DNA of 64,000 bases from Podarcis muralis. Taxonomy: Eukaryota. Both the position numbers and the translations under genes were made by a program. The stretch is taken from positions 12,152,001-12,216,000 of the forward strand of contig NC_135667.1 of assembly GCF_964188315.1 (NCBI RefSeq). The letters run 5' to 3'. Below the pieces are notes generated by a model that was given only the letters and a program-made list of their open reading frames with translations, made no database searches and had not been told where the DNA came from. Shown here one piece after another: positions 1 to 11,132 of this stretch (position 1 is the stretch's first letter; each line of letters starts with the position of its first letter).

Positions 1-2787
1 CCTGGAATGTAAGAACCATGAACCTGGGTAAGTTGGAGGTGGTCAAAAATGAGATGGCAAGAATAAATATTGACATCCTGGGCATCAGTGAACTAAAATG
101 GACGGGAATGGGTGAATTCAGTTGGGATGACCATCATATCTACTACTGTGGGCAAGAAACCCGTAAAAGAAATGGAGTGGCCCTCATAGTCAACAAAAGA
201 GTGGCGAAAGCTGTACTGGGATGCAATCTCAAAAATGATAGAATGATCTCGATACGAATCCAAGGCAGACCTTTTAACATCACAGTAATCCAAGTTTATG
301 CACCAACTACTGGTGCTGAAGAAACTGAAATTGACCAATTCTATGAAGACTTACAACACCGTATAGAAGTGACACCAAAGAAGGATGTTCTTCTCATTAT
401 AGGGGATTGGAATGCTAAAGTAGGGAATCAAGAGATAAAAGGAACAACTGGCAAGTTTGGCCTTGGAGATCAAAACGAAGCAGGGCAAAGGCTAATAGAG
501 TTCTGTCAAGAGAACAAGCTGGTCATCACAAACACGCTTTTCCAACAACACAAGAGACGACTCTACACATGGAAATCACCAGATGGGCAGCATCGAAATC
601 AGATTGATTATATTCTCTGCAGCCAAAGATGGAGAAGCTCTATACAGTCAGCAAAAACAAGACCTGGAGCTGACTGTGGCTCAGATCATCAGCTTCTTAT
701 AGCAAAATTCAAGCTTAAACTGAAGAAAGTAGGAAAAACCACTGGGCCGGTAAGATACAATCTAAGTCAAATCCCTTATGAATACACAGTGGAAGTGAGG
801 AACAGGTTTAAGGATTTAGATTTGGTGGACAGAGTGCCTGAAGAACTATGGATGGAGGCTCGTAACATTATACAGGAGGCAGCAACGAAAACCATCCCAA
901 TGAAAAGGAAATGCAAGAAAGCAAAGTGGCTGTCCAATGAGGCCTTACAAATAGCGGGGGAGAGAAGGCAAGCAAAATGCGAGGGAGATAGTGAAAGGTA
1001 CAGGAAATTGAATGCAGATTTCCAAAAAATAGCAAGGAGAGACAAGAAGACCTTCTTAAACGAGCAATGCAAAGAAATAGAGGAAAGCAATAGAATGGGA
1101 AGAACCAGAGATCTGTTCAAGAAAATTGGAGATATGAAAGAAACATTTCGTACAAAGATTTCCATAATAAAGGACAAAAGTGGAAAGGACCTAACAGAAG
1201 CAGAAGACATCAAGAAGAGGTGGCAAGAATACACAGAGGAATTATACCAGAAAGAAATGGATGTCTCGTATACCCCAGGTAGTGTGGACCTTGAGCCAGA
1301 CATCCTGGAGAGTGAAGTCAAATGGGCCTTAGAAAGCATTGCAAATAACAAGGCCAGTGGAAGTGATGGTATTCCAGCTGAACTATTTAAAATTTTAAAA
1401 GATGATGCTGTTAAGGTGCTACACTCAATATGCCAGCAAGTTTGGAAAACACAGCAGTGGCCAGAAGATTGGAGAAGATCAGTCTACATCCCAATCCCAA
1501 AGAAGGGCAGTGCCAAAGAATGCTCCAACTACCGCACAATTGCACTCATTTCACACGCTAGCAAGGTTATGCTTAAAATTCTACAAGGAAGGCTCAAGCA
1601 GTATGTGGACCGAGAACTCCCAGAAGTGCAAGCTGGATTTAGAAGAGGCAGAGGAACCAGAGACCAAATTGCAAACATGCGCTGGATTATGGAGAAAGCT
1701 AGAGAGTTCCAGAAAGACATCTACTTCTGCTTCATTGACTATGCAAAAGCCTTTGACTGTGTCGACCACGGCAAACTATGGCATGTTCTTAAAGAAATGG
1801 GAGTGCCTGATCACCTCGTCTGTCTCCTGAGAACTGGATATGGAACAACTGATTGGTTCAAAATTGGGAAAGGAGTACGACAAGGCTGTATTTTGTCTCC
1901 CTGCTTATTTAACTTATATGCAGAATTCATCATGCGAAAGGCTGGGCTGGATGAATCCCTAGCCGGAATTAAGATTGCCGGAAGAAATATCAACAACCTC
2001 AGATATGCAGATGACACAACCTTGATGGCAGAAAGTGAGGAGGAATTAAAGAACCTTTTAATGAGGGTGAAAGAGGAGAGCGCAAAATATGGTCTGAAGC
2101 TCAACATCAAAAAAATGAAGATCATGGCCACTGGTCCCATCACCTCCTGGCAAATAGAAGGGGAAGAAATGGAGGCAGTGAGAGATTTTACTTTCTTGGG
2201 CTCCATGCTCACTGCAGATGGTGACAGCAGCCACGAAATTAAAAGACGCCTGCTTCTTGGGAGAAGGGCAATGACAGGCCTAGACAGCATCTTGAGAAGT
2301 AGAGACATCACCTTGCCAACAAAGGTTCGTATAGTTAAAGTTATGGTTTTCCCAGTAGTGATGTATGGAAGTGAGAGCTGGACCATAAAGAAGGCTGATT
2401 GCCGAAGAATTGATGCTTTTGAATTATGGTGCTGGAGGAGACTATTGAGAGTCCCATGGACTGCAAGAAGATCAAACCTCTCCATTCTGAAGGAAATCAG
2501 CCCTGAGTGCTCACTGGAAGGACAGATCATGAAGCTGAGGCTCCAGTACTTTGGCCACCTCATGAGAAGAGAAGACTCCCTGGAAAAGACCCTGATGTTG
2601 GGAAAGATGGAGGGCACAAGGAGAAGGGGGCGACAGAGGATGAGATGGTTGGATAGTGTTTTCGAGGTTACCAGCATGAGTTTGACCAAACTGTGGGAGG
2701 CAGTGGAGGACAGAGGTGCCTGGCATTCTCTGGTCCATGGGGTCACGAAGAGTCGGACACGACTAAACGACTAAACAACAACAAGAA
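1..2787 (+). mobile_element. Bov-B (RTE clade) LINE, 5' end outside window, in intron 4 of V2R gene A (antisense)
   Basis: Single long APE-RT ORF, 3' end GAGTCGGACACGACTAAACGACTAAAC followed by (CAA)n tail; host intron resumes at ~2788 and matches gene B intron 4 (~15310). Confidence 0.95.
18..2774 (+). CDS. Bov-B endonuclease/reverse transcriptase ORF (918 aa, open from window start)
   Basis: APE motifs (WNVRTM, ILGISE, GDWNA, RNQIDY, SDH) and RT motifs (DYAKAFD, GVRQGCILSP, YADD, FLGS); no stop codons. Confidence 0.95.
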   Translation: MNLGKLEVVKNEMARINIDILGISELKWTGMGEFSWDDHHIYYCGQETRKRNGVALIVNKRVAKAVLGCNLKNDRMISIRIQGRPFNITVIQVYAPTTGAEETEIDQFYEDLQHRIEVTPKKDVLLIIGDWNAKVGNQEIKGTTGKFGLGDQNEAGQRLIEFCQENKLVITNTLFQQHKRRLYTWKSPDGQHRNQIDYILCSQRWRSSIQSAKTRPGADCGSDHQLLIAKFKLKLKKVGKTTGPVRYNLSQIPYEYTVEVRNRFKDLDLVDRVPEELWMEARNIIQEAATKTIPMKRKCKKAKWLSNEALQIAGERRQAKCEGDSERYRKLNADFQKIARRDKKTFLNEQCKEIEESNRMGRTRDLFKKIGDMKETFRTKISIIKDKSGKDLTEAEDIKKRWQEYTEELYQKEMDVSYTPGSVDLEPDILESEVKWALESIANNKASGSDGIPAELFKILKDDAVKVLHSICQQVWKTQQWPEDWRRSVYIPIPKKGSAKECSNYRTIALISHASKVMLKILQGRLKQYVDRELPEVQAGFRRGRGTRDQIANMRWIMEKAREFQKDIYFCFIDYAKAFDCVDHGKLWHVLKEMGVPDHLVCLLRTGYGTTDWFKIGKGVRQGCILSPCLFNLYAEFIMRKAGLDESLAGIKIAGRNINNLRYADDTTLMAESEEELKNLLMRVKEESAKYGLKLNIKKMKIMATGPITSWQIEGEEMEAVRDFTFLGSMLTADGDSSHEIKRRLLLGRRAMTGLDSILRSRDITLPTKVRIVKVMVFPVVMYGSESWTIKKADCRRIDAFELWCWRRLLRVPWTARRSNLSILKEISPECSLEGQIMKLRLQYFGHLMRREDSLEKTLMLGKMEGTRRRGRQRMRWLDSVFEVTSMSLTKLWEAVEDRGAWHSLVHGVTKSRTRLND

Positions 2788-3359
2788 GAAGAGGCAAGAG
2801 ACAAGTAGGAAGGGGCAATCAAGGGCTACTTGCCCTGATGGCTTTGGTTCTTCTCCACAGTTGGAGGCAACTGTTTTTGTTATTGTCATCCAATGTAGTG
2901 CACCTCTGGGGGAGAAGTTGAACTGCTGCATTAGCAGTACGAAACCTGGGCAGTGTGCATCGAGCACTGGGTTTCCAAGACAAAAAGACACCCTTGCCGA
3001 CCTCATTGATGTGGTCCAAAGGAAAGCAGAGCCATATTTTACAATTTTGGGTAGGGAAAGGAAACATGCAAGCCCCATCGTGATAGAAGGAACCCTTATG
3101 CTGCCTTCCCCTACATGAATATGACCCTCTGTAAATTTATCAAGTTTTATTTTTTTCCAAGTAGTAAATTTGGTGGTAGTAGTGCAATAGTGGATGTAAT
3201 GAGTGTCACTTAACTGGCAAAACATGGAAGATCTCTACAGCCATGCCCTCACTCCTACACTGAGCACATGGATGAACATAGCACAGAACTAGGTCAGTAT
3301 CTGAACTGCAAATCATTGTAGAAGTGATGGATAGGCTACAAAATATGAATTTATCTCAC

Positions 3360-6300
3360 CTGGTTAAACCTGCTGGGCCACACAATGGCTTCTTCACAAA
3401 TGCTAAATGCTTCTTCTTTGGGAGCCATGGGGTCGATCTTTCCAACTTTCACTCTCCGAAAGGACTGGTTTGGAAATGTGACCCAGTTTATAATATCAAA
3501 TCCAGACTCTAACTCTCCATTTTGGTTGAAGGAAACTTTTCCCCCAGCACTATTATTAAATGAGATGCTTTTAACAAAGTGGTTGAGCTGTTTATGAAAA
3601 AAAATGGATAGAACCACAGAGAAAATAAAAGAAAGCCAATTCATAAGGATATACAAAAAACTGATCATCATTCCCACTTGTTTACTGAACTGTATAAAAG
3701 CTTTATACCAAATAAAAATAGATATGGAGAGGGAAAGAGCCCTGTAGGCCACATTGAGCTTCTTGCAGGAACGGTGGGAGATACATACAACAATCAACAG
3801 ATACAGTAATATACCAAAACAATAAAATATAACAGTGGTAATAATGAAGGAAGTGACTGGGCAGCAGTGGAACAGGTCAGAATGGTAAAGCCACAACTAC
3901 ATTTATAACTGTGATGTGGTGGAAGGTAGAAGCAGAAAAAAATCCTGCGCCATGCTTATCATTATCACCTTTTGGACTCTACAAAGACTCTAAATTCTCT
4001 GTTTATTCCTTTGCATCTGATGAGCAGTGGAGATTAGACAAAGTCATGGAAGAATTTGGATATCTATGGCTATTAGCCACAATGACTATATAGCTGCTCC
4101 AGAAAAAGGGGCATCGTTGCTCTGAACACCAGACTGTTGGGAGTGGCCTATTGCCATAATGTCCTGATTGAGCACTTCCCACAGGTATCAGGTTGGCTGC
4201 CTTGGGAAACCTTTGTACTGACCCATCACCATTTCTACTCCACTTTTAGCATGCTCAGGACATTACCTTCCATAACTGTTCATTCTTGAATTTTACTCCT
4301 TCATCCACTTTCATTCTTTTTTTGAAGCTAGTTGAATGCATGGCATGCAAAGCATGTGCGACCACATAGGCAGCTGTGAAGACACTGTAGCTGTGGCCAG
4401 TCATGCTCATTTCAAAAACAGTGGCAGGCAGAGTCTCCAGCTTCTCCTCTCCACTGCAGAGGTCTTCATCCTGTAGGTCTAACATGGAGTTGGGGAACAA
4501 ACACCCAAAGACCTGTTCCCAGAAGACTCTAACAAAGCCATCTGCTATCTCTGAGGTGGGGTTCCTCCCCTGAAGAAATTTATGGAATCCTACAACCTCA
4601 CTGGAGTGAATGGCAAAGGATATAGAACCATGGAGGAAGTCTATGTCCCAATCTCTTTGAAGGGGAATGGAAATGAAATCCATCTGAGCCGTCATGATCC
4701 AGACCTTACTATTTCTCTTTATTGGTATATCCTCATGTTCTGAAACCTTGTAGAACATTATCAGAATGATCATGCTATCAATTTCACCATAAATAACCAA
4801 TGTATTTACTGTGCTTTGCATAAGAACTTTGTTTATTTCAAATCCCTCTTCCACCATGTCACCAATTTCACTGGAATATGACATTTTGGGGATTCTCATT
4901 ATGAAATCAAAACAGACACCTCTCTGGGCAAAAATGGGGATCACATTCTGTTCAAACCTCTCTCCATTGTCATCTTGCCCAGATATCACACCAATCCATG
5001 TCCACTTGAAATATAGCAGTATCTGGAGAATTGCCTCATATTGATGCTCCAAATTTGGGAACATTTGGTGATAGAAAGCAGCTTGGGTTTTTTTATCTAT
5101 CACTGGAGCAGAACCATATATGAACTAAAGGAAATGATTAAAAATTAAATGAGGGGGGGGAAAGATCATTCTTTTATCATTACTCCAGGGAAGACATAGG
5201 TTGATTCCATTAACCATCAGTGTAGCGGGCAAGTGGTATTCACCTGACTGCCCTGCACTGAAGACTCTGTGGTGCATCATGAAGGCAAGTGGTAGGTGTG
5301 AGTCAGCTGTGAGCTTAGTGTAATATACTGCAAATATACTGTTGGAGTCAATCTGGCCCTTCCATAGGTGCTGCTACCTACCCCCTCTCTTACCTGGTGC
5401 ACTGAAGTGACTCCAGTCTGGCAAGGTCAGGTAAAGACTACATCCCCCCTAACCAATATTATTTGGTGTTCTAGAAGCAGAGATACCTCAGCAGAATAGA
5501 TATGACGACAGAATGTTGACCTAGAGTTTAGAACCTACTTCATTCATTAATTTTTCTTTGTCTATTAATGTTTTCCATCCAACTAGTCAAGATCGAGTCT
5601 CAGGAGTGGTTGGGAGGTGATCCAGCAGGTTCTCCTTATGTTCTTTATTTAGCAAGGGATCAACTGATCAAACCCTTACTGGCAAATTTGCCAGGAAAAT
5701 CTGAAGCCTCCCATATTAAATAACTTTTGGAAGGCAGGTCAAATGATATTACACTGGCCGTGGCAAAGTTTCTTTCAGAGGTTATTAGAAACAAAGATCA
5801 TTGTGCCCTAGATAAAACCAAAGGACTGCCTTGGTTTTTCCAATCTGTATGTCTGGTCATTTTAAATGTATCTAGTTTTGAAATTGTTTTGTAGGTCTTT
5901 GGACCACAATTAAAGTATTGCTGTATGTTCTTTTGTAAACAGGCAGGAACTCTAAAATTTAGAAAACTCTTGAGTGAAAGGTGTACCCTCGGCTTAAGCC
6001 TTAAACTTCTACAAGACAGCAGCCTATGCTGATCACCAGAACACAGACCATTATGTATAAGCAGGAAGCATTTTGAATTAGATACTGAATACCAATTGCT
6101 GGGTGTTACAAGTGCAGGGAGTGATGCTGTGCTCATGTCCTGCTTGAGGAATCCCCAAAGGCTTTGGGTTGGCCACTTTGAGAACAGAATGAAGGACTAG
6201 GCAGGCTTTTGGTGCATATATATATATATATATATATATTCTCTCATTCTTACTTCTGGAAGCCTCAAAGGTGCAGACATTGCAAATGCAACTTTTAAAA

Positions 6301-7478
6301 ACAGTTAAAAAGGAGAGAGATGAGCAAATGCTTGTTAACCTTTCCCACTGCATGCATACATCATACCTGTGGAATCTTATAAATGGACAGGATATCTGCC
6401 ATGTAGAGACAGACTTCAGAGATAGGTCCCCCAATGACTGCTACTAGATTGTTCTGACTATCACATTTATAGTTGGGGGTGAATCTGCCCTGTGTAGAGA
6501 AGAGTTCCAATGAGGCATGATAAGTCCATTTTGGAGTGAAATAGCTATTATAGATATGGAAGCCCAGAGTGACATTAGGTAAGATCTGGGGATTTTCATT
6601 GATCTCCTTTATAGCAAATATCAAGGCCAGAATATGCTGGTAGATCTGGGTCATCACCCTGTAATTAGAGTGACATGCAGTGTGACAGTGCATTTGCTAC
6701 AAAATATGACATATACTTCCATGCAGTTCAAAGCATTCATGAAAAACACATGATCTAGGTAAGAACGATGAAATATTGTTACGCAGAGTTTTGTCCTCTG
6801 TGCTCACCAGCACAGTACTGATACAGTATTCAGTACGTCTCTGAAATACTCCTCACCCCAACTTCTCTCTAAGATTTTGGAGGAGTCAGAGATTAAACCT
6901 AGGACTCTCTGCATTAAAACCAGATCCTCTACCCCTAAACTACAGCCCTTCTCATTATCAATACATGTTGAGAACATATGGCCAGGGGGAGCAGGAACTA
7001 CTGAAAGAAAGCAATAAACATAGTACCGTAATCCAAAAGTCATTGAGGACTAAAATGACAAATGATTTTCCCTGCTACAATCCCTGCTATATTTGTTACA
7101 ACCAGGAAAGTCTTAAATATTTAAGAGTCTTAAAATGAGAACATTATCATGATCACAATGCTGAAGGGTAGAGTAAGAGAGGACAGATAGATAACATTTT
7201 TACAAAAAAGAAGAACTTTACACAGTATCTTCAAAGAGGTCATTGGAAGGGCATTTTGTGAAAGCCATTGGACTGCAGAATATATATATCTGTGATATAA
7301 TGCCAGCAATGATGAGGTCTCCAGGCTGATGAAACTTGTGAAGAATGGGAAGTGAGTTGCATTTGATGTCAGGAATCTTGCATGCCATATGAGTCAAAAA
7401 GACTAGAAGCAGGACTATAAATGCAACCAATTTCCCTGAGAGAATTCTGTCTCTACACCCATTCACTTGTCCCCACAT
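3360..7478 (-). CDS. Vmn2r: Vomeronasal type-2 receptor gene A, exons 1-4 (exons 5-6 expected left of window)
   Basis: Exons 7478-7222 (257 nt), 6658-6367 (292), 5124-4267 (858), 3587-3360 (228), all GT-AG and in phase. V2R motifs: [58 protein letters not shown]. Symbol is family-level only. Confidence 0.9.
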
Positions 7479-8587
7479 CCTCCGTCGCTGAATTTTGTGA
7501 TGACCAGAACAGCTTGATTTGAAGGGCTGCACACTGCTGTATGATGTGTGTCTCACACTGTGTGCAATAGATGTGCATGATCAGACTGACAGAGCCCTCA
7601 CTGTCTTCAGCTCCATGTAAGAAGAGCAAAGAGCATAGTAATAGCATCCTTTTGCCTTGTAGTTTTGCTGGTGGTTACTACAGCTCCCTTGAAACATGAA
7701 GAAGTAGTAGGGTAATCATGACTAATTATTTAATTACAAGGGAGATAATCACCAATTTGGAAATACACACTTACTCTGAGACATTGCAGAAATAACAGTG
7801 TTTATCACATCTGCTTCTAGATCACCTAAATTGGATGGCAAGAGATTCAGAGCCTTACAACAAATGACTTTTTAAAAAAGCCTTCAGAATAGTGAGAAGC
7901 TAAGAAGAAAAAGTACCACAAAAGAAGTCTGCATTTGCCTTAAAAGTTGCCAATTTATTTACTTTTAATTATATACCGCTTAAATGCCAAAATGGCTTCC
8001 AAGTGGTTTAAAACTTTAAAATCAATTCATAATAATACTACAGAGCAACACTAGAACATTCTTAATGAAAGTATGATAATTAAAATAGTTTTAAAACAGT
8101 TAAAACCACAAATTCACAAATTCAATTCAGGGAGTGCTTGCCTAACAATATGAATTACTTAGGTCCATATATTTTTGTGGTTCCACTCTGAGCAGGACTA
8201 AGATGTATATCACCCAATGAATGTGGAAATGCATAAACCAGACTTTTTAAGAAAGCTGTTTTCCATATTGCTTTTGGTGGAAGCTGAAATACTCTGAAGA
8301 ATATTTATGACAATTCAAACAGAATTTAAGAAAGAATTTAAAAACATACTTGTAAGCATAGAAATAGAATCCCGAAAGTTTTCAGCATTTGGTACATTGC
8401 ATATTTATCATGTTTGCATTATTTCATTTCTATTCCTCTTTTCCTGTAAGGAGCTCAAGGTGGCTTACATGATTCTCCTGGTTCCCATTTTATTCTCACA
8501 GCAACCCTGGGTTGTACAATAGACTGAGCAGTAATTACTGGATTATCGTGACATAGGCTGCATCTAGACACATACTGGTTCCACATA

Positions 8588-8822
8588 CAGTGGAACCTTG
8601 GGTTGCAGATGCAATGCGTTTACGTGACGGAGGCATGTCTACAACCCGTAATGTTTGCATCCTAAAGTGCCGCATCTGCGCAGGCACCGGCGCGATTTGG
8701 CACTTCTGCACATGCGCGAGCGGCAAAACCCGGAAGTAACCCGTTAAGGTACTTATGGGTGTCCCCTGGTCCGCAACCTGAAAACACATAACCTGAAGTG
8801 GCCGTAACCTGAGGTATGACTG
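8588..8822. mobile_element. Tc1/mariner-Tigger-type MITE
   Basis: TA|CAGTGGAACC...GGTATGACTG|TA: imperfect terminal inverted repeats and TA duplication. Confidence 0.7.
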
Positions 8823-9424
8823 TACTCATATTGAGCCTGTTTTCAAACATGAAATACTTCAAAACCTATACAGAAAGTCCATGTCTTATGGAGTAGTTTG
8901 GATAGTGTGAGAACCATATAACACCTTGATGTCAGGTAGCAGAGGAACCAACCCCCATGGCAGGTTTCCAGGAATGGACAGAACAAGAGAAAGTCCTTAC
9001 CATCTGCTTTTATTCAATATTCACACAGAGAGGCTTGGGAACATGGTCTCTCAGAATAATGGGGTTGCTCCGAGTCTCCACCCCCTCCCTTTCTCCCATT
9101 ATGTGTCCTCATTATGGGTACTGACATGTGGCCTCTGTCTCTGAGCTCCCTGCTCTCCTGCTTTCAATGCCCACCAGGTTCTGGGAGAGGAGGGTTCTGG
9201 AATGCTTTCTAAAGACACTGGGTCCGCTAGCTGTCCCCACTCTGGTGCTTCTTCTTCCTCCTCTCCCATTATTTCCCAGCTTTTCCCCTTGTCTGCCTCT
9301 GAGCTATGATCTCCCTCAAACCCCTGTTGCAATTCTGAACTGTCTTCTTCTCTGGAAAGGTCAGGCTGGGAAGAGGGTCTCCACCATTCCTCTTCTGCCC
9401 AGTCCCTGACACTTGATCACCAAA

Positions 9425-9515
9425 GATGTAGCTGCAGACACATGTAATGTTCTGCAGACACTTGTAATATGTTCACATGTAATATGTTCTGCAGACACAT
9501 GTAATATGTTCACTC
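9425..9515. repeat. Short degenerate minisatellite (~22-bp unit GCAGACACATGTAATATGTTCT)
   Basis: Three to four imperfect tandem units seen directly. Confidence 0.7.
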
Positions 9516-9606
9516 TCCTTACATTCACACCATATTTGTAAAGCACTCTTATGCCACTTTAACCCATCACATAATGTTACTTTTTTGTAAAAAAAATATA
9601 TACAAC

Positions 9607-11132
9607 ATGTGAGCCAGTTTATAATATCAAATCCGGTCTCTAGCTTTCCTTTTCCATTGAAGGAAACCTTTCCCCCACCACTATTATTAAATACAATCAT
9701 CTTAACAAAGTGGTTGAGCTAAAGAAAAGGGGATGGGGATAAATAAAATTAAGCAAAGGCAATTCTTAATGATATGTTAAAAGGTTGGTGATTGTTGGTG
9801 AACTTGGTTACAGAACCCTTGCAAAGCTTTATGCCTGGTAATCATGGATATAGAGAGTGGAAGATGTGCATTTGCCACATTGAGCTAGTAATTAGTAAAG
9901 CAATCTTAACCCTGGCAGGCCAGCAGCTGAATAAGACAGGGAAGAATAGCCGCCACTGCATCCACAGCTGTATCATTCCACCCCTGGTGGAAGGCAGAGA
10001 CATCAAAAAATAAAATAAAATACTCCCTGCTCATCATCACGTCCTTTGGAACTTCCACAGAGTCCTTTTTCTACTCATTTCTATCTGCTGAGCCCTGGGG
10101 CTTGGACAAATTCATGGAGACATAACGAAATCTAGTATTCAAGGCAGTTATATTCATTCCCCAGAAACAGAGACATCATGCCTCTGAATACCAGGCATTG
10201 GGGGGGGGGGAGAAGGATATTGCAAGAAAACTCTACTTCCGGGTGTCCCAAAGCTATATTCAAGACATTACCTTCCACAACTCTTGATTTGAAAGTTTTA
10301 CTCCTTCATCCACTATCATTCTGCCTTTGCGTCTAGTTGAATGCATGGCATGCAAAGCATGTGCGACCACATAGGCAGCTGTGAAGACACTGTAGCTGTT
10401 TCCAGTCATGCTCATTTCAAAAACAGAGGCAGGAAGAGTCTCCAGCTTCTCCTCTCCACTGCAGAGGTCTTCACCCTGTTGGACTTCATCCAAGGACTTG
10501 GGGAAGAAACATCCAAATACCTGTTCCCAGAAGACTTTAACAAAACCATCTGCTTTCTCCGAGGTGGGATTTCTCACCTGAAGAAATTTAAGGAATCCTA
10601 CAACCTCACTGGAGTGAATGGCAAAGGATATAGCACCATGGAGGAAGTCTATGTCCTAATCTCTTTGAAGAGGAATGGAAGTGAAATCTATCTCGCCTGT
10701 CAAAATCCACACTTTACCAGTTCTCTTTGTTGATATAAGCTCATATGCTGAAGCCCTGGAAAATATCCTCAGGATGATCATGGTCTCGATCTCACCATGA
10801 ATGACCAATGCATTGACAGTGCTCCCCATAATAATTTCATTCATTTCAAATACCTCTCCCATCACGTCATCAAAATCATTTGTAAAAGACATTTTGGGAA
10901 TTCTCATTATGAAATCAAAGCAGATACCTCTCTGGGCAAACATGGGAATAATATTATGTTCAAACTTCTCTCCATTATCATCTTGCCCAGAAATAATCCC
11001 AATGCATGTCCACTTGAAATATAGCAGTATCCAGAGAATTGCTTTATATTGAAGCTTCAAATCTGGGAACACTTGTTAATAGAAAGCCGCTTGGGTTTTC
11101 TTATCTAGGGCCGCAGCAGAGCAATATATGAT
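9607..11132 (-). pseudogene. V2R pseudogene fragment (exon 3 plus 5' half of exon 4)
   Basis: Exon 3 at 11132-10272 has TGG>TAG at 10658-10656. Exon 4 remnant 9718-~9607 breaks after IINW. Exons 1-2 are deleted at 12050/12051. Confidence 0.9.

Noticed and set aside
776-2746. Long minus-strand ORFs (191 aa, 311 aa) over the Bov-B element
   Set aside because: Antisense shadows of the RT ORF; no independent motifs or splice signals.
2743-3225. 160-aa minus ORF downstream of V2R A exon 4, considered as exon 5
   Set aside because: No cysteine-rich motif; the region is intron 4 and the real exon 5 in gene B lies further on (15207-15081).
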